A DNA stretch of 64,000 nucleotides from an uncultured Anaerolineales bacterium. GTDB taxonomy: Bacteria; Chloroflexota; Anaerolineae; B4-G1; SLSP01. Within the stretch, counting starts at the first letter, position 1. Every line of letters begins with the position of its first letter. Positions 36,295 through 45,883 of the stretch are shown here, one piece after another. Position numbers and translations under genes: made by a program. The notes beneath the pieces were generated by a model. The model saw nothing but the letters and a program-made list of their open reading frames with translations, did not search any database and was not told the DNA's origin. The stretch lies in contig CAYTGR010000002.1 of the NCBI GenBank assembly GCA_964437445.1, forward strand, positions 52,406 through 116,405. The letters are read 5' to 3'.

Positions 36295-38535
36295 TCAGAT
36301 TTGACGGAATAAGATGACAATGACAATCAACACGACAATCATCATGATTGCGTTCCAGAGATAATCCTGGATCAGGCCGGTCTGCATCTCGCGCATCCGG
36401 CGGCCCAACGAACGGGTCAAGTCGGCGGTGGCGTTGACCAGGCCGTCCACGATTTTCTCATCAATCACGTTGCCCAGCCAGGAGAGGAACCGGCCCAGCA
36501 TCCCGGCAGCATTGACCAGACCGTCCACAATCGTGGCATCCAGCCAGTTGAACAGCGTCGAGAGTCCTCGCACCAGGCGCGGCACAAAGTTGACCACGCC
36601 ATCCACGACGGTGCGGTCAAACCAGGCGCTCAGCTCCGAGGCCCGCAGCGCCAACCAGACAAACGTGTGCTGGTAGAGCCAGTCAAAATAGAAGCGTTCG
36701 CGCATGGCATCATACAGCCAGCCCAGGTAAAGCGCGCGCAGTGCCCGCTCCAACCGGTCCGGTTCGCCGGCCACCATCGGCTTCCACCCGTAGACCAGAT
36801 AGCCCAACAGCAGGCCGCCCAGGGCGGCAGTCAGCCCGGCCGCCAGTGGCTGCCAGACGAAAGCCGCCGGCTCGGAAGCGGCGGCCAGGCCGGCCGCGAG
36901 CCGCCCGATTTCATGCCCCCCTTCCAGTGTGGAGCCGACAAAGTGGTGGAACCAGTTGGGCAGCAGCCCGCCCAGCACCGGGAAATGCTCCGGGATGCCG
37001 GCCCAGCCTAAGGTGACCGAGAAGAAGGCCAGAATCATGAGCGGGACGGTCATGGAGGGGACACTTTCGGGCACGTGGGCCGCTGCCTCGGTGCGCGGCT
37101 CGCCCAGGAAGGTGAGGCTGATCTGCCGCATGGTGTAGAAAGCGGTCAGACCGGCGGCCACGGCCAGCACCCAGAAGATCGTGGGGTTGAGCTCCCAGGC
37201 CTGCGCCAGAATCTCATCCTTAGACCAGAAGCCGGCGGTGAAGAGCGGGAAGCCGGCCAGCGCCAGCCCGCCGATGAGGAAAGTCCAGAAGGTGCGGGGC
37301 ATTCGCCGGGCCAACCCGCCCATGTTCATCATGTCGTTGGGATTGAAGGGCGCGGCGGGATGGTGCTCCTCCTCGCCATGCCCGGCGTGCCCGTGCTCGT
37401 GAGCGTGGTGGTGGCCGTGTTCCATCCCGTGGATGACCGACCCAGAGCCGAGGAAGAGCAGGGCCTTGAAGAAAGCGTGCGTGATGAGGTGGAAAGCGCC
37501 GGCCACGTAAGCGCCCATTCCCAGCGCGGCGACCATGTAACCCAGCTGGCTGATGGTGGAGAAGGCCAGCACCCGCTTGATGTCGTTCTGGGCCAGGGCG
37601 ATCACGGCGGAGAAGATGGCGGTGAAAGCTCCAATCCAGGCCACCGTGGTCAGCTGGATGCCGCCCGGCACGGCGCTCAGCAGCGGGAAGGTGCGCACCA
37701 CCAGATAGACGCCAGCCGAGACCATCGTCGCGGCGTGGATCAACGCCGAGACCGGGGTCGGGCCTTCCATCGCGTCGGGCAGCCAGACGTGCAGCGGGAA
37801 CTGCGCGCTCTTGCCCACCGTCCCGCCGAAGATCAGCAGCGCGATCACCGTCGCATACGAGAGCGGCGTCCCCAGGAAGGGCGTCGTCGCCAGATGGTGC
37901 AGGACTTCGGCGCTGAAGACTTCGCGGTAAGAGAGCGTGCCGACTTCAGCATACAGGACCACCAGCCCCAACATCAGGAAGAGGTCGCCGACTTTGGTGA
38001 CCAGGAAAGCTTTCAGCCCGGCGTTGAAGGCCGATTTCTTCTCGTACCAGAAGCCGATCAGGAGGTAGGAGCAGGTGCCCATGATCTCCCAGAACAGGAA
38101 GAGCGTCAGCAGGCTGTTGAAGACGACCATGCCCAACATCGCCATCGCAAAAAGCGAAATGTAGGCGAAGAAGCGGCTGTAGCGCGGGTCGCCGTGCATG
38201 TAGCCCACGCTGTAAATAAAGATCATCAGACAGACCAGCGGCACCATGAAGAGCATGATGGTGCTGGCCGGGTCAATATAAATCCCCACGCCCAGGTTGA
38301 GCGTGCCGGCCGGCAGCCAGGACTCCAGCACCGACTCAAACGCCTGCTCGCCCCCGCCGACCGGCAACGTCACCGCCCGCCAGAAGACCAGTTGCGCCAG
38401 CAAGAAGGCGATGGCAATGCCGGCAATGGCGACCGTGTGGCTCAGCTTGCGGTTGGCGCCGGTGAAGAGCGCAATCGCCACAAATGCCAGAAAGGGAAAA
38501 AGCGGAATCAGCCAGGCCAGTTGCAAAAGCTCCAT
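36295..38535 (-). CDS. nuoL: NADH-quinone oxidoreductase subunit L with extended lateral helix and His-rich loop
   Basis: FWEIMG, GKSAQFPLHVWLPDAMEGPTPVSALIHAATMV, HAFFKALLF and FWSKDEI. Three D..(I/V)VDG.VN repeats before QTG. Confidence 0.95.
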   Translation of the reverse strand: MELLQLAWLIPLFPFLAFVAIALFTGANRKLSHTVAIAGIAIAFLLAQLVFWRAVTLPVGGGEQAFESVLESWLPAGTLNLGVGIYIDPASTIMLFMVPLVCLMIFIYSVGYMHGDPRYSRFFAYISLFAMAMLGMVVFNSLLTLFLFWEIMGTCSYLLIGFWYEKKSAFNAGLKAFLVTKVGDLFLMLGLVVLYAEVGTLSYREVFSAEVLHHLATTPFLGTPLSYATVIALLIFGGTVGKSAQFPLHVWLPDAMEGPTPVSALIHAATMVSAGVYLVVRTFPLLSAVPGGIQLTTVAWIGAFTAIFSAVIALAQNDIKRVLAFSTISQLGYMVAALGMGAYVAGAFHLITHAFFKALLFLGSGSVIHGMEHGHHHAHEHGHAGHGEEEHHPAAPFNPNDMMNMGGLARRMPRTFWTFLIGGLALAGFPLFTAGFWSKDEILAQAWELNPTIFWVLAVAAGLTAFYTMRQISLTFLGEPRTEAAAHVPESVPSMTVPLMILAFFSVTLGWAGIPEHFPVLGGLLPNWFHHFVGSTLEGGHEIGRLAAGLAAASEPAAFVWQPLAAGLTAALGGLLLGYLVYGWKPMVAGEPDRLERALRALYLGWLYDAMRERFYFDWLYQHTFVWLALRASELSAWFDRTVVDGVVNFVPRLVRGLSTLFNWLDATIVDGLVNAAGMLGRFLSWLGNVIDEKIVDGLVNATADLTRSLGRRMREMQTGLIQDYLWNAIMMIVVLIVIVILFRQI
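36400..36630 (-). repeat. Intragenic 78-bp tandem repeat x3 in nuoL
   Basis: GTTGACCAGGCCGTCCACGAT (36433), ATTGACCAGACCGTCCACAAT (36511) and GTTGACCACGCCATCCACGAC (36589); exact 78-nt period. Confidence 0.9.
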
Positions 38536-38543
38536 CGCTTCCC

Positions 38544-38852
38544 TCAACCCTTGAGCAATTTCATCTTATCGGTCAACACCACCTCGCGGTTGCGCCAGAT
38601 GGCGATGATCAGGGCCAGGCCCACGCCGGTCTCCGCGGCGGCTAAAGCGAAGACGAACAGGGTGAACGTCTGCCCTACCACCGCGCCCGCTTCCAGGTAG
38701 CGCGCTAAGGCGACCAGATTGAGATTGACCGCGTTGAGCATCAGCTCCAGCGACATCAACACCGCCACCACATGCCGCCGGGCCAGCACACCGTAAAGTC
38801 CAATGGCAAATAAGACCGCTGCCAGAATCAAATACCAGCTCAGAGGCACCAT
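38544..38852 (-). CDS. nuoK: NADH-quinone oxidoreductase subunit K
   Basis: LFAIGLYG, LMSLELMLNAVNLN and LAAAE.GVGLAL (both conserved Glu); ends LKG. Confidence 0.96.
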   Translation of the reverse strand: MVPLSWYLILAAVLFAIGLYGVLARRHVVAVLMSLELMLNAVNLNLVALARYLEAGAVVGQTFTLFVFALAAAETGVGLALIIAIWRNREVVLTDKMKLLKG

Positions 38853-39362
38853 TTAGCGCTCCTTTGCGATATAAATGGCTCCTAACAGAACCACCAGCAA
38901 GAGCAAAGAGGTGATTTCAAAGGGGGCGACGAACTTGCCGGGGTCCACTAAAGCCTGCCCCAAGGCCAGGAGATTATCCTGCGCCGGGTGTAACGGCTCT
39001 TTCGGCCAGGGGATTTGCACGATCATCCAGACCACCCCGGCCAGGACTAACAGCGCTGTTACCAGGGCGGTCAGCGGCTCGTTGACACTCTTTTCGGTCG
39101 GGTGCATCACCTGCCGCGAGACCATGATGACCATGACGATCAGGACGGCGATGCCGCCGATGTAGATGAAAAGCTGGAGGCCGGCGATGAAAGGGGCCTC
39201 CAGCAGCATGTAAAGCGCGGCCAGGCCGAAGAGGGCCAGCACCAGCCAGAGGGCGGTGTGGAAGAGATTGCGGCTGGTGACGACGCAAATGGCCGCACCC
39301 ACCGTCAAAGCGGCAAAAATGGCGAACAGCACGGTTTGCACGGTGATAGGTATGGCCGTCAT
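38853..39362 (-). CDS. nuoJ: NADH-quinone oxidoreductase subunit J
   Basis: NLFHTALWL, LQLFIYIGGIAVL and PFEITSLLLLVVLLGAI. Confidence 0.94.
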   Translation of the reverse strand: MTAIPITVQTVLFAIFAALTVGAAICVVTSRNLFHTALWLVLALFGLAALYMLLEAPFIAGLQLFIYIGGIAVLIVMVIMVSRQVMHPTEKSVNEPLTALVTALLVLAGVVWMIVQIPWPKEPLHPAQDNLLALGQALVDPGKFVAPFEITSLLLLVVLLGAIYIAKER

Positions 39363-40606
39363 CCTGCGTTCTCCCCTTCTGGGCTGGTGAGATTGAGTGT
39401 GGCGAACCGCCGGGCTGCTAAGCGGCGCTGTTGGCGCTTCCCTGCCAGATAGAGCAGGCCATAGGTGCCTAAAGCGATCAGGACATTGGTCAGGAAGAGC
39501 AGGCCCGCCTGGCCCCAGGCCGAGGTGATCCCCGCATCCCGGATCAGCCGGTCGGCAATGGCGATGACTACCACTGTGACCAGCGCCAATGGCGTCAGGA
39601 ACTTCCAGTTGAAGTTCAAGATGTGGTCAATCCGCATCCGGGGCATGGCGGCCCAGAAGGCAAAGAGCACGGTGACGACGATCATCGTCTTGAGCATGAG
39701 CCAGAAGATGCCCAGGATGGGGACGGCTTCCACGCCGGGGCCGCGCCAGCCGCTCCAGAAAAGCATCACAAAGATGAGCGCCACGGTGAAGTTGTTGATG
39801 AACTCGCCCAGATAGAAAGCGCCGAACATCATGCCGCTGTACTCGGTCTGGTAGCCGGCCACGATTTCCGCGTCGGCCTCGGCCAGCTCAAAGGGCAGCC
39901 GCCCGATTTCGGCGGTGATGGCGAGGAAGAAGATCAGCGCCGGGATCGGCAGCGCGATGAAGAACGGCACGCTTTGGGCTTGAATCAGGCCTTGCATGGA
40001 GAGCGTGCCGGCCAGCATCACCGGGGCCAGCAGGGATAACATCTGCGGAATCTCGTAGCTGATGAGCAGTGAGGCCGCGCGGAAGGCCCCCACATCGGCG
40101 TATTTGTTCCGGGAGCTCCACCCGCCCATCAACATGGTGAACAGGCTGGCCGAGGAGATCGCCAGGATGTAGAAGATGCCGATGTTGAGATCCACCCCCT
40201 GCATCCCGTTTGGCCCGAAGGGGAGCACCGCCCAGACCGCCAGGGACATGGCTACCATCAGGACCGGCGCCAGGACGAAGACCACCACGTCGGCCCCTTC
40301 CGGGATGATCAGCTCTTTGGTGAGGATTTTGATGGCGTCGGCAAACGATTGCAACAGCCCGTAAGGGCCGTTGAAGACGCCGGAGTTGTTGGGGCCGATC
40401 CGGTCCTGGATGCGGGCGACGATCTTGCGGGCATACCAGATGAAAAACAGGGTGGCCAGCAAAGGGATAGTTGCCAGAATCAGCCCGCCGAGGATGCGCA
40501 GGATGAGGGCCGCCCAGAACGGGGTCAGCCTCCAGCCCAACAGCAGGTCGTTCAACCAGGCCCCGGCGTTGACAAAGAAGTCCGCAATGAAAGCCCAAAA
40601 GGTCAT
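39359..40606 (-). CDS. nuoH: NADH-quinone oxidoreductase subunit H
   Basis: RKIVARIQDR.GPN, GLLQSFADAIK...KE, ISYEIP, RLPFELAEADAE.VAGY.TEYSG and PRMRID. Confidence 0.95.
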   Translation of the reverse strand: MTFWAFIADFFVNAGAWLNDLLLGWRLTPFWAALILRILGGLILATIPLLATLFFIWYARKIVARIQDRIGPNNSGVFNGPYGLLQSFADAIKILTKELIIPEGADVVVFVLAPVLMVAMSLAVWAVLPFGPNGMQGVDLNIGIFYILAISSASLFTMLMGGWSSRNKYADVGAFRAASLLISYEIPQMLSLLAPVMLAGTLSMQGLIQAQSVPFFIALPIPALIFFLAITAEIGRLPFELAEADAEIVAGYQTEYSGMMFGAFYLGEFINNFTVALIFVMLFWSGWRGPGVEAVPILGIFWLMLKTMIVVTVLFAFWAAMPRMRIDHILNFNWKFLTPLALVTVVVIAIADRLIRDAGITSAWGQAGLLFLTNVLIALGTYGLLYLAGKRQQRRLAARRFATLNLTSPEGENAG

Positions 40607-40642
40607 CTTACCTCCTGGAATTCAGACGGGGTGCGGAGGGAC

Positions 40643-40999
40643 TTACATCCACTCCAGATCGCCTTTGAGCCAGACGTAGACCAGCCCGGCGACCAGCAAC
40701 AACAGAAATAGGACCGCTTCCAAGATGGCGTAAAGGGGCAGCTGGCGGTAGGCAATCGCCCAGGGCAGCAACAGCGCTGCTTCCACGTCAAAGACCAGGA
40801 AGGCAATGGCAAACAGATAGAATTGGGGCTTGAAGCGGATCCAGGTCTCGCCAAACGTTTTGATCCCCGACTCGTAAATCTGTTGTTTGCGGGCGCTGAG
40901 CTTTTTAGGGCTGAGCAACCAGGCCAGTACAATAGGGGCGGCGCCAAAGAAAAGTGCAATCAGCAGAAAAATCCCAATGTAGGCATATTCGCTGACCAA
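40643..40999 (-). CDS. nuoA: NADH-quinone oxidoreductase subunit A
   Basis: IYESG, FYLFAIAFLVFDVEAALLLPWA and KGDLEW. TTG start at 40999 after AGGAGG. Confidence 0.94.
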   Translation of the reverse strand: MVSEYAYIGIFLLIALFFGAAPIVLAWLLSPKKLSARKQQIYESGIKTFGETWIRFKPQFYLFAIAFLVFDVEAALLLPWAIAYRQLPLYAILEAVLFLLLLVAGLVYVWLKGDLEWM

Positions 41000-41045
41000 G
41001 AGGACCTCCTGCCATCCAGAGAATGGGATACGGAATAACGGCAAA

Positions 41046-41073
41046 ATTATAACACGGTCTGGGATAAGGACAA
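41046..41073 (-). promoter_or_regulatory. Sigma70-type promoter of the nuo operon
   Basis: Minus strand TTGTCC, 16 nt ending in TGT, then TATAAT; about 45 nt upstream of nuoA. Confidence 0.65.
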
Positions 41074-41081
41074 CTTTCCCA

Positions 41082-42599
41082 TCAAGGAGCTTTGGCCCGC
41101 CGGTAGAGCTTTTGGAACTCCGCCAGATAGCGCTGGGCGAGCTCCGGGCTGCGCATGACCAGGGCGAGCTCGTCTTCATCCGGCGGCAGGTCTTCGGCGC
41201 CGTGGAAGAAGCCGGTGATGGTGATGGCTTCATCCACTATGATGACCTGAGGGGCCTGTCCGGCCAGCCCCTCGGCCAGCCGTACATCCAGCCCGGCCTT
41301 TTGCCAGCCGGCCCAGGCTGCTGCTTGCTGGCGGACCAGGGCCGCATCCAGGATGGCCTGCACCGCCAGCCCGGCCTTCTGCTTTTTCTGGAGGATGGCC
41401 TGCAGGGTGTTGTCGGCGGGGGCGAAACCGGCGCAGCGCAGGCTGGTTTTAGCGCCCTTGAGGAGCGGCAAGAGCGGCAACAGCACATCCTCTTCCGGTG
41501 CGGCGTACAGGTCCAGTTGTAGCTCGCCCACCTTGAGCGCCAGATGGGGGCGCGCGGGGGCACGGCCGGTGCGCTTCTCAAACAGGGTGTTGAACCGGGT
41601 GACGTGGGAGCCAACCAGATCGGGTGCTGTGAACACCAGCGCGCCGGTGCGCTGGCGGTAGGTGCTCTGCACGGTGAACTCCCAGGCGCCGGTCCACAGC
41701 TGCTTCTGGTCAAGGATGACCAGGCTGGCGGGCTTGAGCAGCTCCGGGGCGATTTCTGCCACCGGCACGCCCGCCGCTTTCAGCGCCTTGAGGGGGGGCC
41801 GGCTCAGGGCGGCGGTCGTGGTCAGCAGCCGGACTTTGACGCCGCGCTGGTGTGCGCGGAGCAGCGCCTCGGCCAGCCGGGGCAGGTCCGGCGCGGCGGC
41901 AGCCAGGTCCACGCTGGTTTTGGTGGTATCCAGCGCAGCGACCAGCAGCTCTTCCAGACCGCCCTTCTCCTCCTGGCCGGGGAGGCTCAGGTGAAGCTGG
42001 AGCTGGACCGCCCCGTCTTTATACTTGAAGGTGTGGAGCTGCGCCGGCCCGCTGGCCACGGCCGGGGCCGGAGCCGGTTTGGGCTGACCGGCTGGCTTGG
42101 GGGCGGCGGCTGCCGGGTGGGATTGGCCGGCCGGCCGGGGGGATGGCGTGCCGGAGGTGGTCGTGGCGGGTTTGGCGGGTTGCTGAGCGGCCGGTGAGCT
42201 GGGGGTTGGGCGGGGAGCGGCGGCCGGTTGGGCCGCGACGTGACTTTTGCAGACGCCGCGTTGCTCATCAAAATCCTTCAGGCAGACAATCTTGCTGCAG
42301 GTGGGGCACTGGCGGAATTGCTGGCTGACCGTGGCCCAGGCCAGATTGACCTGGGGGACGGTCAGGACCGCCGGGCGCAGCAGCTCCGATTGGGAGACGT
42401 TTTGGGCGGCGGTGCTGCCCAGCACTTTGCCCAGCAGGCTGCTGATGGCCTGCTCGCCCAATTCCTGAACGGCGCTGCTGATAGCGTCCGGCGCGGTGCG
42501 CGTGCCCTGACCGCACAGTTCGCAGAAGAAGACGACATAAGGGCCGGCGCCATCGTTCTGCACTTTGTAAGGGGGTAGGCGGGTGGGGGTTGTGCTCAT
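41082..42599 (-). CDS. Cys-rich N-terminal domain + Pro-rich linker + two degenerate PLD-like domains
   Basis: FCELCG and CPTCSKIVC. PLD-like folds SVDLAA..LPRLAEALLRAHQRGVKVRL / VILDQKQLWTGAW.FT and LRCAGF / VIIVDEAITITG, both lacking HxKxxxxD. Confidence 0.7.
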   Translation of the reverse strand: MSTTPTRLPPYKVQNDGAGPYVVFFCELCGQGTRTAPDAISSAVQELGEQAISSLLGKVLGSTAAQNVSQSELLRPAVLTVPQVNLAWATVSQQFRQCPTCSKIVCLKDFDEQRGVCKSHVAAQPAAAPRPTPSSPAAQQPAKPATTTSGTPSPRPAGQSHPAAAAPKPAGQPKPAPAPAVASGPAQLHTFKYKDGAVQLQLHLSLPGQEEKGGLEELLVAALDTTKTSVDLAAAAPDLPRLAEALLRAHQRGVKVRLLTTTAALSRPPLKALKAAGVPVAEIAPELLKPASLVILDQKQLWTGAWEFTVQSTYRQRTGALVFTAPDLVGSHVTRFNTLFEKRTGRAPARPHLALKVGELQLDLYAAPEEDVLLPLLPLLKGAKTSLRCAGFAPADNTLQAILQKKQKAGLAVQAILDAALVRQQAAAWAGWQKAGLDVRLAEGLAGQAPQVIIVDEAITITGFFHGAEDLPPDEDELALVMRSPELAQRYLAEFQKLYRRAKAP

Positions 42600-42601
42600 C
42601 T

Positions 42602-43138
42602 TTATTCTGCAATGTAGTGGTGCCGGGGCTGGGGCTGCTGCGGGGGCGCCTCGTCATCGGGCAGCGTTTCCGGTGGTTGCTCCGTACCGGCTGCCTGCGG
42701 TGGCTGTTCCGTATCGGCTGCTGGCGGTGGCTCTGCCGACAGCGGTGCTGCTGGCGCCCGGTCGGCGTCGCCCGCTAAGGGCAGCTCGGGTGCCGGTTCG
42801 GCCGTAGGCGACGGTGGCGCGGTGGGGGCAGGGGTGGCAACCGGTTGGCTAAGCGAGTAGGGCTGGGCTAACAGAGTCTGGAGGGTGAGGGCCGGCTCGG
42901 CGGAGCGCGCGGCCACCCTGGCGATCTGACGCAGGTGAAGCCGCAGCGCGTGTAACTGGGGCTCTAACATCTTCCAGGCTGCCGTGCCGCCCACTGACTC
43001 AAACTGGGTCAGCCATTGGGTAACCTGGCCTTCTGCCCAATCCAGCAGAGCTTTGGCCTCGGTGTCGGCCAGATCACCGGTCAGCGCCTCATCATCCCTA
43101 ATGAACTCCATCGCTTTCCGTAGCTGTTTGTTAGCCAT
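42602..43138 (-). CDS. Hypothetical protein with Pro-rich C-terminus
   Basis: RBS GGAGA before ATG 43138; FIRDDEALTGDL.D.EA..LL.WAE helical domain; 2-nt gap to the next gene. Confidence 0.7.
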   Translation of the reverse strand: MANKQLRKAMEFIRDDEALTGDLADTEAKALLDWAEGQVTQWLTQFESVGGTAAWKMLEPQLHALRLHLRQIARVAARSAEPALTLQTLLAQPYSLSQPVATPAPTAPPSPTAEPAPELPLAGDADRAPAAPLSAEPPPAADTEQPPQAAGTEQPPETLPDDEAPPQQPQPRHHYIAE

Positions 43139-43170
43139 TTTCCTGCCATCTCCTTTGAAAATAGCGCTTT

Positions 43171-43280
43171 GCTTGTAGTCAGGCGCTTTAGCGCCGTCCA
43201 ACGCGCTGAAGCGCGTTACTACGAGCCAATTTTCATCCCACGGCTGGTGAACGCCAGTTCATGGGGAATTCCTCTGAAAA
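43171..43280. repeat. Composite REP/MITE-like element, copy 1
   Basis: GTAG-type double hairpin (43171-43226) plus a TTTTCA...TGAAAA-bounded unit. Reverse complement aligns with 59732-59834. Confidence 0.8.
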
Positions 43281-43289
43281 TAGAAACCA

Positions 43290-43346
43290 GTTAAGTAGTG
43301 AGCAGAGAGCAGTTTGCTCACTGCTCACTTTTTTCTGCTCACTGCT

Positions 43347-43348
<2 letters not shown>
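43290..43348. repeat. Heptamer tandem/inverted array (TGCTCAC/GTGAGCA)
   Basis: GTGAGCA GAGAGCA then TGCTCAC TGCTCAC ... TGCTCAC TGCTT. Confidence 0.65.
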
Positions 43349-44711
<1,363 letters not shown>

Positions 44712-44734
44712 TTAGCTGCATCGGCAGGCAAGAA

Positions 44735-44766
44735 AGTGCGACGCACTCCCGGGAGTGCGTCGCACT
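44735..44766. repeat. Perfect 32-bp palindrome
   Basis: AGTGCGACGCACTCCC|GGGAGTGCGTCGCACT; each arm also contains GTGCG-n-CGCAC. Confidence 0.85.
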
Positions 44767-44779
44767 GCAAAACATGGGC

Positions 44780-45883
44780 TTACTTTTTCATCCAGATTTC
44801 GTGAATCTGGCCGTTCTTGCCCCGATAGATGACGTGCTGCGTCTTGTCACCTTCCCAGGCATAGCCACTGGGCTTGCCGACGGCCTGGGGGGCGTTGGCG
44901 GCCTGACCGATGGGGTTGTGAGCCCACTTGCCATCACGACACCAGAGTTCATGGATCATTCCATCCGTGCCGGTGTAAATGACGTGCTGCGTGTCATCCC
45001 GCTCCCAGGCGAATCCACCGGGATCGCCGGCGGCCGCCGGCGCGCCGGTGAGCTGACCGATGGGGTTGTGGTGCCAGTCCACCTTTTGCAGCATTTCGTG
45101 GCGGAACCAGAGCTCGTGGATCTGACCGTCCTTGCCCCGGTAGACGATGTGTTGGGTGCCGTCTTTTTCCCAGGCATAGCCGTAGGGCGTTCCTGCCGCT
45201 GGCGGTGCCCCGGTGATCTGACCGACCGGGTTGTGGCCCCACTTATCGCGATACCAGAGCTCCTGGATCATCCCATCCTGGCCGACGTAAACGACATGCT
45301 GGCTCTTGTCCTTCTCCCAGGCGTAGGCGCTGGGGTCGCCGGCCGCCGCTGGGGCATTGGCGAGCTGGCCAACCGGATTGTGGTGCCAGTCCACCTTTTT
45401 CAGCAGTTCGTCGCGGTACCAGAGCTCGTGAATGGCGCTATCCTTGCCCCGATAGAGCACATGCTGGGTCTCGTCGCGCTCCCAGGCGAACCCGAAGGGG
45501 TTGCCTACAGCATCAGGGGCATGGGTGAGGTTGCCGATGGGGTTGTGTGCCCACTTGCCACTCCGGCACCAGAGCTCGTGAATGTCTCCATCCGTGCCAA
45601 TGTAGATGACATGCTGAGTCTTATCCTTCTCCCAGGGATAGCCTATGGGATCGCTGGCCGCCTGCGGTGCGCCTGCTGCTGACCCGATGGGGTTGTGCTC
45701 CCAGGTAGACTTGCTGCCCAACAAACCACCGTGCCGGAACCAGAGCTCATGAATCTGACCGTCTTGACCGCGGTATACGACATGCTGCGTGTCGTCCTTT
45801 TCCCACGCAAACCCAAAGGGGTCACCCGCGGCCGGCGGAGCGCCGGCACTCTGTCCGATTGGCAGATGCTCCCACTTTGCCAT
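44780..45883 (-). CDS. Seven-repeat Trp/His-rich beta-propeller, fucose-lectin-like
   Basis: 7 copies of W.HNP(I/V)G...AP.A.G.P.G(F/Y)AWE.D.TQH..Y.G.DG.IHELW; RBS AAGGAGG; no signal peptide. Confidence 0.85.
   Translation of the reverse strand: MAKWEHLPIGQSAGAPPAAGDPFGFAWEKDDTQHVVYRGQDGQIHELWFRHGGLLGSKSTWEHNPIGSAAGAPQAASDPIGYPWEKDKTQHVIYIGTDGDIHELWCRSGKWAHNPIGNLTHAPDAVGNPFGFAWERDETQHVLYRGKDSAIHELWYRDELLKKVDWHHNPVGQLANAPAAAGDPSAYAWEKDKSQHVVYVGQDGMIQELWYRDKWGHNPVGQITGAPPAAGTPYGYAWEKDGTQHIVYRGKDGQIHELWFRHEMLQKVDWHHNPIGQLTGAPAAAGDPGGFAWERDDTQHVIYTGTDGMIHELWCRDGKWAHNPIGQAANAPQAVGKPSGYAWEGDKTQHVIYRGKNGQIHEIWMKK

Noticed and set aside
37075-38700. 541-aa plus-strand ORF and many other long antisense ORFs (e.g. 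30796-31581, 19219-19872, 57050-57754, 52560-53702)
   Set aside because: They are shadows of well-supported genes on the opposite strand, expected at high GC, and lack RBS or family motifs.
33261-38852. Mrp Na+/H+ antiporter as an alternative identity for the membrane-only cluster
   Set aside because: nuoA and nuoH are present, MrpE/G-like genes are absent, and the motifs match NuoL/M/N/K/J.
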